A program made the translations under genes and the position numbers. From Nanobdellota archaeon (GTDB lineage Archaea > Nanobdellota > Nanobdellia > Pacearchaeales > GW2011-AR1): a DNA stretch of 53,888 bases. Within the stretch, counting starts at the first letter, position 1; each line of letters opens with the position of its first letter. The notes under the pieces are model-generated. The model did no database searches and had not been told where the DNA came from. It saw only the letters and a program-made list of their open reading frames with translations. Positions 44,285 through 53,677 of this stretch are shown here, in pieces. The stretch covers positions 1-53,888 of the forward strand of contig JBBSXA010000009.1 of NCBI GenBank assembly GCA_038045985.1, in the 5' to 3' direction.

Positions 44285-44587
44285 ATGGATATTTATACTA
44301 TTGTTGACAAGGCAAGAAGAACTGGCAAAATAGAGAAAGGAACTAACGAAGTTACCAAAGCAATTGAAAGAGGCACTGCTAAGCTTGTTGTTTATGCCGT
44401 AGATGTTGAACCTAAAGAAATTGTTCAGCATATCCCTGTTTTATGCAAGGAAAAAGGAATTCTCTGCAAAGAGGCGGATAATAAGCAGAAGTTGGGAATT
44501 GCCGCAGGGCTTTCTGTTTCAGCTTCTTCTGTTGCAGTTATAAATGCTGGTGATGCTGAAAAAGATATTGCTGGTTTGAAGAAATAA
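44285..44587 (+). CDS. rpl7ae: ribosomal protein L7Ae (K-turn binding)
   Basis: [41 protein letters not shown] matches the L7Ae core. Confidence 0.9.
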   Translation: MDIYTIVDKARRTGKIEKGTNEVTKAIERGTAKLVVYAVDVEPKEIVQHIPVLCKEKGILCKEADNKQKLGIAAGLSVSASSVAVINAGDAEKDIAGLKK

Positions 44588-44597
44588 TTTTTAAAAA

Positions 44598-44768
44598 ATG
44601 GAAACTTTAGAGATCCCAATTATGAAGAGAAGTTATGTTCCTTCTATAGAGAACATTATTTTTGGAGACATTCCTTTAAGCTTCAAGGTTGGCTTTCAAT
44701 CCTCTTATATTCAAGCAGCTATAGAATATTTAAGAGAATTTAATCAATCATTTCAAAATAGAAAATAG
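44598..44768 (+). CDS. possible 56-aa ORF between rpl7ae and rps28e (METLEIPIMKRSYVPSIENIIFGDIPLSFKVGFQSSYIQAAIEYLREFNQSFQNRK)
   Basis: Hand translation. It fills the whole intergenic gap. No family recognised. Confidence 0.3.
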   Translation: METLEIPIMKRSYVPSIENIIFGDIPLSFKVGFQSSYIQAAIEYLREFNQSFQNRK

Positions 44769-44788
44769 GTAAATTAATTATTTAAAAA

Positions 44789-45115
44789 ATGGCAAAAGCA
44801 CAGAAAACTCAACAGAAAACTCCACAACAGCAACAACAACAGCAACAGCAACCTAGATCGGCAGGGTCAAGAGGATCTGAGAAAATTCTTGGAGAGGTAG
44901 TTCCTGCTCTTGTTCAGGAGATTATTGGGAGAACTGGTTTTAGAGGCGAGATTACTCAGGTTAAGTGCCTTGTTCAGGCTGGAAGAGATCAGGGAAGAGC
45001 AATGAGAAGAAATGTCAAGGGGCCTGTCAGAGTCGGCGATTTTTTAATGCTAAGAGAGACAGAAATAGAAGCAAGAAGAATTAAGTCTAAAGTAAGCAAA
45101 GGAGCGTATACGTAA
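44789..45115 (+). CDS. rps28e: ribosomal protein S28e with a ~35-aa N-terminal extension containing poly-Gln
   Basis: [21 protein letters not shown]...[26 protein letters not shown] is the S28e core. N-terminus [15 protein letters not shown] (CAA/CAG run at 44824-44850). Confidence 0.9.
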   Translation: MAKAQKTQQKTPQQQQQQQQQPRSAGSRGSEKILGEVVPALVQEIIGRTGFRGEITQVKCLVQAGRDQGRAMRRNVKGPVRVGDFLMLRETEIEARRIKSKVSKGAYT

Positions 45116-45180
45116 TGATAAAAATTAAAATTTTTATGCGATTCGCCCAAGCTTGGTCAAATCGAGGAGCGTATACTTAA
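45101..45180 (+). repeat. 15-nt direct repeat (ggagcgtatacKtaa) bracketing a 50-nt spacer with the palindrome ccaagcttgg
   Basis: Copy 1 at 45101-45115 is the last codons plus stop of rps28e. Copy 2 at 45166-45180 abuts the ATG of the inserted gene. 14 of 15 positions are identical. Confidence 0.7.
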
Positions 45181-45181
45181 G

Positions 45182-45472
45182 ATGGCATTACTTGAATATG
45201 AGAAAAGTGGTGGAAGCTCATGCGTAAAAAATAACGAAACTTGCAACACTAGAGAATTAGCAACTTTATTTCATACTATAAATGATTTTGATTTTTTTGA
45301 AGTAAATGAATTTGAGTTATCGAGAAATAGTCTATCTAGAGAGGTGAGTAGATCTCCTTATTTAAATAAGCATTCTATTGAAATTTTTGATTCTCCTAAT
45401 CCTGGATGTTATATTGTTTATGTAAAGAATAATAACAACCATCTCGGGGCCTTTGGAGGCGTGGCTGATTAA
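45182..45472 (+). CDS. hypothetical protein inserted in the ribosomal cluster
   Basis: ORF track. No family recognised. Confidence 0.45.
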   Translation: MALLEYEKSGGSSCVKNNETCNTRELATLFHTINDFDFFEVNEFELSRNSLSREVSRSPYLNKHSIEIFDSPNPGCYIVYVKNNNNHLGAFGGVAD

Positions 45473-45473
45473 A

Positions 45474-45776
45474 ATGAAAAGTTTGTACAATGGCGAGGGG
45501 GGAAAGTTTTTGGAAATTGCTGATTCAGATGGCGGAAGAGATATATATGATTCATATGTTATGAAAGTTAATGAGTATTTTTCGACGGGAAATGATAGTG
45601 ATGTTTTTGAGATAAATAGTTTGGACAAAGAGGGGTTGGCTGCTTTAACTTTGAGATTGAATGATCAGGATAGAAAATATAATATTAGAGATATACTGGT
45701 TCTTGATGCCAGAAGTGGAACACTAACATATTCTGTTCATATAACAACGATGGAGGCTAAATCTTCAAATGCCTAA
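45474..45776 (+). CDS. hypothetical protein inserted in the ribosomal cluster
   Basis: ATG 2 nt after the previous stop. Overlaps the rpl24e start by 8 nt. Confidence 0.45.
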   Translation: MKSLYNGEGGKFLEIADSDGGRDIYDSYVMKVNEYFSTGNDSDVFEINSLDKEGLAALTLRLNDQDRKYNIRDILVLDARSGTLTYSVHITTMEAKSSNA

Positions 45777-45972
45777 ATGTGTTTATTGCGGGAGAATGTA
45801 TGAGCTTCCTAGAGGATTGACCCTTGTCGGCAAAGATGGAACTATAAACTATTTATGCTCTTCAAAGTGCAGGAAGAATAGAGTTATGAAGAGAAGAAAA
45901 GTCAGATGGGTTATAAAAGGCAAAAAAGTTATGGCTGCTGCGGAGAAGTTAGCTGCGGAAAAGAAGAAATGA
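45769..45972 (+). CDS. rpl24e: ribosomal protein L24e
   Basis: CVYCGRMYELPRGLTLVGKDGTINYLCSSKCRKN zinc-ribbon pattern of L24e. Confidence 0.85.
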   Translation: MPKCVYCGRMYELPRGLTLVGKDGTINYLCSSKCRKNRVMKRRKVRWVIKGKKVMAAAEKLAAEKKK

Positions 45973-46136
45973 TTTGGCTAGCTGTAGTTCGCTTTATTAA
46001 TCGTTATACCCTACAGCTTGCTGTAGGGTGAAAGCCAAAGAAAATCTATTAAACGCAAACTTGTTCTAAGTTAAATGGAAAATGAATTGTGTAAATCAAG
46101 TCATTTTATCTAGATGCCACACAGCTTGCTGTGTGG
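45973..46136 (+). other. two related 8-bp-stem hairpins sharing the core ACAGCTTGCTGT; candidate structured RNA or terminator region
   Basis: ccctacag-cttg-ctgtaggg at 46009-46028, enclosed by tttggct/agccaaa (45973-45979 and 46033-46039). ccacacag-cttg-ctgtgtgg at 46117-46136. Confidence 0.4.
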
Positions 46137-46319
46137 AGGTTCACTGATTGCTCAAATTTAGGTTTCATCAAGAATTCTCGCTAATACTAAATTAATTGTC
46201 TAATCTTTTACTGTGAAGGCATTAATATAATTAAATTTATAAGCGAGGCGAAGCTGAGCGATTTCGCGAAGGTATTTTTTATTAATCAATTTCTGAAAGA
46301 GATTGCGAACAGAGAGAAT

Positions 46320-46622
46320 TTAACACAACTTCTCTTTTTGCTCTAAACTCCTAGGATCTTTCCAGTTTTTATTAAACTGAACAAAAGCGCCTGTAATTGG
46401 GCTTATGCTTTTGATTTGTTCTTTTTCACACTCGATTAAATTATCTTGACAGAAGTTGTTTTCATCGCATATCGCCTTCGTAAATGAATGGATGTTTTGA
46501 TATTGAATATCTTTTTGAGTTGAGAATATTGATAAAGATGCAATGAAATTTAAATTTGAGATTAATAGAATTGTAGACAACGCTAATATTAATACAGTTA
46601 TGACTATTGTGGATTTTAACAT
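46320..46622 (-). CDS. small N-terminally anchored protein with Cys motif
   Basis: ORF track. TM VITVLILALSTILLISNL, then CDENNFCQDNLIEC. Confidence 0.4.
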   Translation of the reverse strand: MLKSTIVITVLILALSTILLISNLNFIASLSIFSTQKDIQYQNIHSFTKAICDENNFCQDNLIECEKEQIKSISPITGAFVQFNKNWKDPRSLEQKEKLC

Positions 46623-46895
46623 AAACTAATAGGTATACGGCTCATTTTTATATTTTTATGCAGTCAGAGGCATTATAAAAACTTAATAAATCCTGTCTTT
46701 CTTTTAGAGTTAAACCAAGGTTTTATAAATGCTTTTTTACTTGCTTTTTCGAGAGTGTTTTTAATGGTTTTATCGACGGAAAAATATGTTTTTAAGGGGA
46801 AAAAGTTTATAAAGGATATTCTCTTAAAATTAGCATAAATTTGAGTGTTTTTACATCAAATTACAAGAATTAACACTTAGTTAGAACTAACCAAA

Positions 46896-49800
46896 ATGGC
46901 AAATAAAAATGATTACGGAGCAGAATCAATAAAAGTTCTGGAAGGGCTTGAAGGGGTTAGAAAAAGGCCCGCAATGTACATAGGAAACACTGGAAAAGAA
47001 GGATTGCATCATCTAGTCTATGAAGTAGTAGATAATTCTGTTGACGAGGCTTTAGGAGGCTATTGCAAGGAGATTGTTGTTACAGTCAATAAGAATGGCT
47101 CTGTGACTGTTGAAGATGATGGGAGGGGAATTCCTGTTGATATTCATCCTATTTATAAGGTTCCTGCCTTGCAAGTTGCTTTAACAAAATTGCATGCAGG
47201 CGGAAAGTTTGACAAAAAATCCTACATGATTTCAGGAGGGCTTCATGGTGTGGGTCTTTCTGTTGTTAATGCGCTTTCAAAAAAACTTATTGTGGAAGTT
47301 AAGAGAGAGGGCAAGATTTACAGCCAGGAATATTCTAAAGGAGATCCAAAAACAAAATTAGAAGTTGTTGGAAAGTGCGGCGATGAGAGTGGAACTAAAG
47401 TAACTTTTTGGCCTGATGAAGAAATTTTTTCTACAGTTGATTTTGATTATAAGGTTTTAGAAACTAGATTTAGGGAAATAGTTTTTTTGAATGCAGGACT
47501 TAAAATTGTTCTTTATGATGAATCTAAAGACAAGAAAGAAGAATTTGTTGCTGCGGGTGGTTTGATCGAGTTTGTCAAATGGATAAATAAGGCGAAAGAA
47601 GTTTTACACAAACCTATTTATTTTAGAAGAGAATCTAATGGAATTACCATAGATGTTGCAATTCAGTATAATACCGGTTATAATGAAAATATTTTTGGTT
47701 TTGTCAATACAATAAATACTGTTGAGGGCGGGACTCATGTTTCCGGGTTTAAAACTGCTTTAACAAGGGTTATTAATGATTATTTGAAGAGAACTGGCAA
47801 TGGCAAGGAGCTTGAACTTTCTGGAGAAGATACAAGAGAGGGTCTTACTGCTATTATCTCTATTAAGATTCCTAATCCTCAGTTTGAGGGGCAAACAAAA
47901 ACAAAGCTTGGAAACTCTGAAGTTAAAGGTCTTGTTGATTCTGCTGTTACTTCTGCTCTTGCCGAATTTTTTGAGGAAAATCCTCCCATTGTGAAGAGAA
48001 TTGTGACCAAAGTTATGGAGTCTGCGAAGGCAAGATTAGCTGCTAAAAAAGCAAGAGATCTTGTGAGAAGAAAAAGCGCTTTTTCGCTTGGTGGTTTGCC
48101 TGGAAAATTAGCTGACTGCTCCACTAAAACAAAAGAAGAAACTGAATTGTATATTGTTGAAGGAGATAGTGCGGGGGGGTGTTTTGCTGGAGAAACAGAA
48201 ATTGCATTAACTGGGGGTAGAAATTTGTCTTTTTTAGGACTAGTCAAGGAATATAATGAAGGTAAAGAAAATTTTTGTTATACTATAAAGAACGATGGAA
48301 GTGTTGGGGTTGAAAAGATTGAAAATGTTAGATTAACAAATAGAAATGTTGAGGTTATTAAAATTGTTTTGGATAGTAATGAAGAAATTGTTTGCACTCC
48401 TGATCATAAGTTTATGCTAAGAGATGGAAATTACAAAGAAGCTAGAGATTTAAAGAGAGAAGATTCTTTAATGCCTTTACACAAAAGAATTTCTAAAATA
48501 GGGGGCAGAATTACTATTGAAGGTTATGAAATGGTTTGGGATCAAAATAAAACTTGGATCTTCACTCATGTTTTGGCTGATGAGTATAATCTAAGAAAGA
48601 ATATTTATCTTAAAAAACAAGGTGACCATAAACATCACATTGATTTCAATAAATTGAATAATAATCCCAATAATATAATTCGATTGCCTAAAGATGAGCA
48701 TATGAATCTTCATTTGGATAATTTAAATAAAACTTTACATAGAGAAGATGTTAAAGAAAAAGCAAGAGAAGCACATAAAGATATCGATTACAAGAAGAAA
48801 GTTAGCGAATGGGCAAAACAGCCTTTGATTAATAAAATGCTATCCAATAGGGCTAAGCAACAATGGCAAAATCTAGAATATAAAGAATTTATGAAAAATA
48901 AATTCAAAGATTTTTATGATTCTAACGAAGATTACAGAAAAATTAATAATCAAACTTTGAATGACCAACAAAAAATATACTGGTCTAATGCGGAAAATAG
49001 AAAAATAGCTGCTGAAAAAGTTAAAAGATTTTTTGAAGAAAACCCTGATGCTAAAGAGTACCTTTCAAGTTTGGCTAAAGAACAATGGAAGGATGAAGCG
49101 TTAATTATTTGGAGAAGACAAAAGACAAAGGAACAATGGACTCCTGAATTTAGGGATAAGAGGAAAGAAAGCTACAACAAAACATATTATTCTAAGACTA
49201 TAGCTCTTATGAAGAAAACTTTTGAGAAAGATGGTAATTTAGAAAATTTTGATAGAATAAGAATAAACAATAATGATAAAAGTATACTAAGTATGGAAAC
49301 TTTTTGTTCAAGATTTTTTAATGATGATAAAACTAATATGTTGGAAGCTATAAAAAATTATAACCACAAAATAAAAAGGATTGAAAGACTTACAGAAAAA
49401 GTTGATGTTTATGATTTAGAGGTTCCTGGAACTCATAATTTTGCTTTGGCTTCAGGGGTTTTTGTGCATAATAGTGCTAAACAAGCAAGAAATAAGGAAT
49501 TTCAAGCTATTTTGCCGTTGAAAGGAAAGATTTTGAATATTGAGAAATCCAGTCCAGCAAAAGCTCTTTCAAGCGAGGAAATTACAAATATGATTACTGC
49601 GATTGGGACAAGTGTCGGTGAGCAGTTTGATTTAAATAAATTGCGTTATAATAAAATTATAATAATGACTGATGCTGATGTTGATGGTGAGCATATTAAA
49701 ACTTTGATGTTGACTTTTTTCTTTAGGTTCATGCCTCAGCTTATTGAAAATGGAAATATTTATGCTGCAATGCCTCCTTTATACAGAGTAAGAAAGGATA

Positions 49801-50072
49801 AAGACTATTATGTTTATTCAGAGGGGGAATTAAAAAAAGTTATGGAGAAAATGAATAATGCGAATGTTACAAGGTTTAAAGGTTTGGGAGAAATGTCTTC
49901 AGATCAGCTTTGGGACACTACTATGAATCCTAAAACAAGAAAGTTGAAAAAAATATTCATCGAAGATGCTATTGAGGCTGATAGAGTGATTTCAATGTTG
50001 ATGGGCGATGATGTTCAAGCAAGAAGAGAATTCATTCAAGAAAATGCGCAATATGCAAATTTGGACATTTAA
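46896..50072 (+). CDS. gyrB: DNA gyrase subunit B, interrupted by an intein
   Basis: YGAESIKVLEGLEGVRKRPAMYIG, HHLVYEVVDNSVDEA, EGDSAGG|...|SAKQARNKEFQAILPLKGKILN, IMTDADVDGEHI. The extein is 627 aa. Confidence 0.95.
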   Translation: MANKNDYGAESIKVLEGLEGVRKRPAMYIGNTGKEGLHHLVYEVVDNSVDEALGGYCKEIVVTVNKNGSVTVEDDGRGIPVDIHPIYKVPALQVALTKLHAGGKFDKKSYMISGGLHGVGLSVVNALSKKLIVEVKREGKIYSQEYSKGDPKTKLEVVGKCGDESGTKVTFWPDEEIFSTVDFDYKVLETRFREIVFLNAGLKIVLYDESKDKKEEFVAAGGLIEFVKWINKAKEVLHKPIYFRRESNGITIDVAIQYNTGYNENIFGFVNTINTVEGGTHVSGFKTALTRVINDYLKRTGNGKELELSGEDTREGLTAIISIKIPNPQFEGQTKTKLGNSEVKGLVDSAVTSALAEFFEENPPIVKRIVTKVMESAKARLAAKKARDLVRRKSAFSLGGLPGKLADCSTKTKEETELYIVEGDSAGGCFAGETEIALTGGRNLSFLGLVKEYNEGKENFCYTIKNDGSVGVEKIENVRLTNRNVEVIKIVLDSNEEIVCTPDHKFMLRDGNYKEARDLKREDSLMPLHKRISKIGGRITIEGYEMVWDQNKTWIFTHVLADEYNLRKNIYLKKQGDHKHHIDFNKLNNNPNNIIRLPKDEHMNLHLDNLNKTLHREDVKEKAREAHKDIDYKKKVSEWAKQPLINKMLSNRAKQQWQNLEYKEFMKNKFKDFYDSNEDYRKINNQTLNDQQKIYWSNAENRKIAAEKVKRFFEENPDAKEYLSSLAKEQWKDEALIIWRRQKTKEQWTPEFRDKRKESYNKTYYSKTIALMKKTFEKDGNLENFDRIRINNNDKSILSMETFCSRFFNDDKTNMLEAIKNYNHKIKRIERLTEKVDVYDLEVPGTHNFALASGVFVHNSAKQARNKEFQAILPLKGKILNIEKSSPAKALSSEEITNMITAIGTSVGEQFDLNKLRYNKIIIMTDADVDGEHIKTLMLTFFFRFMPQLIENGNIYAAMPPLYRVRKDKDYYVYSEGELKKVMEKMNNANVTRFKGLGEMSSDQLWDTTMNPKTRKLKKIFIEDAIEADRVISMLMGDDVQARREFIQENAQYANLDI
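48180..49472 (+). mobile_element. 431-aa intein in GyrB at the EGDSAGG/S site, with an HNH-like endonuclease core
   Basis: Starts CFAGETEIAL (block A). TPDHKF (block B). Ends VYDLEVPGTHNFALASGVFVHN followed by Ser+1. Internal HKHHIDFNKLNNNPNNIIRLPKDEHMNLH. Confidence 0.85.
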
Positions 50073-50113
50073 AATGAAAATAAAAAGAACCAAAGCAAGA
50101 AATTTAAAATAAG

Positions 50114-50425
50114 ATGAAATATATTATTGTAATCACAACTGTAGGAAGCAAAAAAGATGCAGAAGAGCTGGCAAAGAAAATAGTATCTTCAAAATTGGGA
50201 GCATGTGTTCAGATAAATGAAATAAAAAGTTATTATGCATGGAAAGGGAATCTAGAAATGTCAGGTGAATTTAGATTAATGATAAAAACTACTGATGATA
50301 AATATAATTTACTACAAGAGTTTATTATTAAAAATAGTGAATATGATTTGCCTCAGATTATAGCAGTTAACATTGAAAAAGGATATGATAAATATTTGAA
50401 TTGGATTAAGGAGGAATTAAAGTAA
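50114..50425 (+). CDS. cutA: divalent-cation tolerance protein CutA
   Basis: IVITTVGSKKDAEELAKKIVSSKLGACVQI...SYYAWKG...E..LMIKT...LPQIIAV is the CutA1 pattern. Confidence 0.8.
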   Translation: MKYIIVITTVGSKKDAEELAKKIVSSKLGACVQINEIKSYYAWKGNLEMSGEFRLMIKTTDDKYNLLQEFIIKNSEYDLPQIIAVNIEKGYDKYLNWIKEELK

Positions 50426-50428
50426 AAG

Positions 50429-50737
50429 ATGAAAATAAAAACAAAATCAATATTCATAGCAATTATTTTGGCAGTTATTGCTTTATCTTTATTTGCGGTT
50501 GTGAAGAATTTCAAGAATCCAAATGTTGTTAAGAACCCAGACAGTGAGAAACTGGATTTTTATGATGAGGACTGGCTAGATGATAATTGTGAGTGCTTGG
50601 AGCATAACAGGACTGCCTGCCGTTTTGATGGATATATCTACAGCAATGGATATTGCACGAGTGGCAATAATTTTACAAATCCGATAAGAAAATGCTCGCA
50701 GTATAATTGTTCGGAGGGAATTTTTGAATTAAATTAA
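50429..50737 (+). CDS. small secreted Cys-rich protein
   Basis: Signal anchor plus 7 Cys. Confidence 0.45.
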   Translation: MKIKTKSIFIAIILAVIALSLFAVVKNFKNPNVVKNPDSEKLDFYDEDWLDDNCECLEHNRTACRFDGYIYSNGYCTSGNNFTNPIRKCSQYNCSEGIFELN

Positions 50738-50746
50738 TACATAACC

Positions 50747-51037
50747 ATGGCAAAAAAATCAAAACTTCAGACACCTCAATGGATGCTTGATGGCTACGAT
50801 TCAGAGGCAGAGTATATGAAGGATAGGGGCATCTCTAAGAAAAAAGTAAAAGGCAGAACTTTCAAAGTAAGAAGCTGCCCTAAATGCGGAAGCAGTGATG
50901 TTTTTGTTGTTCTTATAGGTGAAGAAGGCAAGAGGGCAGATAACTGGGAGTGCAAGAAGTGCAAATGGAATGGAAAAAACGTCAAAGAAGAAGAGCTTTC
51001 TGAAGAAGAATTTTTAGAAAGGATGGAGAAAGAATAA
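50747..51037 (+). CDS. zinc-ribbon protein
   Basis: CPKCGS...(x19)...CKKCKW. Confidence 0.5.
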   Translation: MAKKSKLQTPQWMLDGYDSEAEYMKDRGISKKKVKGRTFKVRSCPKCGSSDVFVVLIGEEGKRADNWECKKCKWNGKNVKEEELSEEEFLERMEKE

Positions 51038-51234
51038 TGGAAGATATCATTGAATTTGAAACGGATGAAGAAGCTGAAGAAATTGAATTCAGCTTGTCAA
51101 GAGATGAGATTGATGAGTGGATAAATGAGCTGACTCTTTTGAAAGAAGAAAAAATTCCTATAATCTTGATGATTGATGATGAGACTTTCTTGAAAATAAA
51201 TTATGGAGAAGAAAATGACCGACGAAAAACCTGA
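51037..51234 (+). CDS. small acidic protein
   Basis: ORF track. TAATG junction with the previous gene. Overlaps the gyrA start. Confidence 0.35.
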   Translation: MEDIIEFETDEEAEEIEFSLSRDEIDEWINELTLLKEEKIPIILMIDDETFLKINYGEENDRRKT

Positions 51235-53677
51235 AGACAATCTAGAAAAAAATAATGGCGATATTGAAAAAGGCGTTTATAACACTGAAGTCTCTGAGGA
51301 AATGAAGAAATCTTATTTAGATTATGCCATGAGTGTTATAGTTGCAAGAGCGATTCCTTCTGTTGAAGATGGTTTAAAACCTGTTCAGAGAAGAATACTT
51401 TACGCAATGAATTTGATGGGGCTTAAACCAGGAACTCAGACAAAAAAATCTGCAAGGGTTGTTGGAGATACCATGGGTAAGTTTCATCCTCATGGAAATC
51501 TTGCCATTTATGATACTTTGGTAAGAATGGCTCAGGATTTTTCTTTGAGATATCCTTTAGTTTATGGTCAGGGAAATTTTGGTTCACTTGACGGAGATCC
51601 GCCTGCAGCAGACAGATATACTGAAGCTAGATTGAATGCTCTTTCAATGGAATTGTTGCAAGATATTGACAAAGAAACTGTTAAGTTTATTCCTAATTAT
51701 GATAATTCTACAAAAGAACCAGAATTGCTTCCAGGAAAATTGCCGACTTTGATGATTAATGGAGCTTCAGGCATTGCCGTTGGTATGGCTACAAATATTC
51801 CTCCTCATAATTTGACAGAAGTTTGCGATGCGATAAATGCCTGCATAAAAAATCCGGATATTTCTATTTCAGAGCTTTCTGGAATTGTTACAGGACCAGA
51901 TTTTCCAACAGGAGGGGTTCTTCAAGGAGATATTCTTGAGCTGTATAATACTGGAAGGGGAAAATTAATTGTCAGAGGAAAGACAACTACAGAAGACATG
52001 AAGAATAAGGAAGCAATTATTATTACGGAAATTCCTTATATGCTGAATAAAACTGATCTTGTCAAGCAAATTGCCGAAATAATTCAAAATAAAAAAATAA
52101 ATGATATTTCTGACTTGAGAGATGAATCTTCAAGAGGCAAGATTAGGATTGTTCTTGAGTTGAAAAAAGGCGCTAATCCCAAATTTATTATTAATTCTCT
52201 TTACAAATACACTAGATTGCAGGATTCTTTTAGCTGCAACTTTTTGATGTTAGTCAATGGCCAGCCGAAAGTTTTGAATCTCAAGCAAATTCTTGAAGAG
52301 TACGTTAAGTATAGAAAACATATTGTAACAAATAGATGCAAATTTGAATTGAATAAGGCAAAAGAAAGGCAGGAAATTGTTGAGGGTTTGCTTATTGCCC
52401 TGAAAAATATTGATGAAGTTATTGTCACAATCAAAAAATCTAGAAATGCTGCTGAAGCTTCTGATGCTTTAGTCTCTAAATTCAAACTTACAAAAAAACA
52501 AGCTCAGGCTGTTTTGGAAACAAAGCTGCAGCAGTTGACTTCTTTGGAAGTTGAGAAACTTAAAAAAGAACATACAGAATTGAATGAAACAATTGATCGG
52601 TTGGAAAAAATTTTGAGTGATGTCAAGGAAATATTAAAGATTATTTCCAAAGAAGTTACCGAATTAAGAACTAAGTATGGCGATAATAGAAGAACACAAG
52701 TTCTTCAGAGAATAAGCGAGATTTCTGAGAAGGATCTTGTTCAGAAAAAAGAAGTTGTTGTCACAATTACTGATAAAGGATATTGCAAGAGAATGGATGT
52801 TAAAGCTTATAGGGAGCAGAAGAGGGGCGGCAAGGGAGTTATTGGAAGCAATCTGGCTACTGGTGATTTTGTAAAGCAGCTTATAACTTGTTCAACTCAT
52901 GATTACTTGATGTTTTTTACATCTAGAGGAAGAGTTTTATGGTTAAAGGCTTATGAAATTCCAGAAGCAGAAAAATACAGCAAGGGAAAAGCTGTGATTA
53001 ACATTTTGAGCTTGAGCAATGAAGCTGTGACAAATGTAATTTCAGTTAAGAATTTTAATGATTGTTTGTTTATGACAACAAAGAAAGGGGTTGTTAAGAA
53101 AATTTCATTGAGCAATTTTTCAAAGCCTAGGGCATCTGGTGTTAAAGCAATGAACCTTCCAAATGATAATTCAGATAATCTTATTGGTGTGGAGATTGTT
53201 AAGAAAGGTCAGGAGGTTTTCATGGCAACTAGAAAAGGAAAAGCAATTAGATTTGGCGAGAATGAAGTTAGGGAAATGGGAAGAGCTAGTTATGGCGTTA
53301 CAGGAATAAAACTTGATAAGGATGATGAAGTTGTTTCTTTAGAAATCCTTGATACTTATGCTATTTTGACAATTACTAAGAAAGGTTATGGAAAGAGAAC
53401 TGAAATTACGGATTATAGAAAAACTGCGAGGGCTGGAAAAGGAGTTATTAATTTGAAAGTTTCCGATAAAACTGGTGAGGTTGTTACAACTGTTTCAGTG
53501 AGTGATAAAGATAGTGTTATATTTACAACTGCCAAAGGGATTGTTATACGAACCTCTTTAGAGAATATAAGAGTCATGGGAAGGGCTGCACAAGGTGTGA
53601 GGATTGTGAAACTTCAAGAAGGAGATTCTGTTACAGACATGACTAAGATAGAGGAAGATAATGGGATTGTTGAATAA
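51203..53677 (+). CDS. gyrA: DNA gyrase subunit A
   Basis: [29 protein letters not shown]. Active-site [11 protein letters not shown]-terminal beta-pinwheel repeats. The start could also be 51215. Confidence 0.95.
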   Translation: MEKKMTDEKPEDNLEKNNGDIEKGVYNTEVSEEMKKSYLDYAMSVIVARAIPSVEDGLKPVQRRILYAMNLMGLKPGTQTKKSARVVGDTMGKFHPHGNLAIYDTLVRMAQDFSLRYPLVYGQGNFGSLDGDPPAADRYTEARLNALSMELLQDIDKETVKFIPNYDNSTKEPELLPGKLPTLMINGASGIAVGMATNIPPHNLTEVCDAINACIKNPDISISELSGIVTGPDFPTGGVLQGDILELYNTGRGKLIVRGKTTTEDMKNKEAIIITEIPYMLNKTDLVKQIAEIIQNKKINDISDLRDESSRGKIRIVLELKKGANPKFIINSLYKYTRLQDSFSCNFLMLVNGQPKVLNLKQILEEYVKYRKHIVTNRCKFELNKAKERQEIVEGLLIALKNIDEVIVTIKKSRNAAEASDALVSKFKLTKKQAQAVLETKLQQLTSLEVEKLKKEHTELNETIDRLEKILSDVKEILKIISKEVTELRTKYGDNRRTQVLQRISEISEKDLVQKKEVVVTITDKGYCKRMDVKAYREQKRGGKGVIGSNLATGDFVKQLITCSTHDYLMFFTSRGRVLWLKAYEIPEAEKYSKGKAVINILSLSNEAVTNVISVKNFNDCLFMTTKKGVVKKISLSNFSKPRASGVKAMNLPNDNSDNLIGVEIVKKGQEVFMATRKGKAIRFGENEVREMGRASYGVTGIKLDKDDEVVSLEILDTYAILTITKKGYGKRTEITDYRKTARAGKGVINLKVSDKTGEVVTTVSVSDKDSVIFTTAKGIVIRTSLENIRVMGRAAQGVRIVKLQEGDSVTDMTKIEEDNGIVE

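Noticed and set aside
44425-44619. Minus-strand ORF antisense to rpl7ae.
   Set aside because: It lies within the strongly supported L7Ae gene and has no signals of its own.
46009-46136. CRISPR array.
   Set aside because: There are only two related palindromes about 108 nt apart and no regular repeat-spacer periodicity. No cas genes are in the window.
45973-46319. tRNA or split-tRNA gene in the long gap after rpl24e (ggctagctgtagttcgc..., ggaggttcactgattgc).
   Set aside because: I could not build an acceptor stem or a T-arm; there is no GTTCRANYC loop with a complementary stem. No cloverleaf fits on either strand.
46623-46895. Replication origin upstream of gyrB (AT-rich 270-bp gap).
   Set aside because: No repeated origin-recognition-box-like elements are visible and no cdc6/orc1 gene is adjacent. 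Only TATA-like boxes are present.
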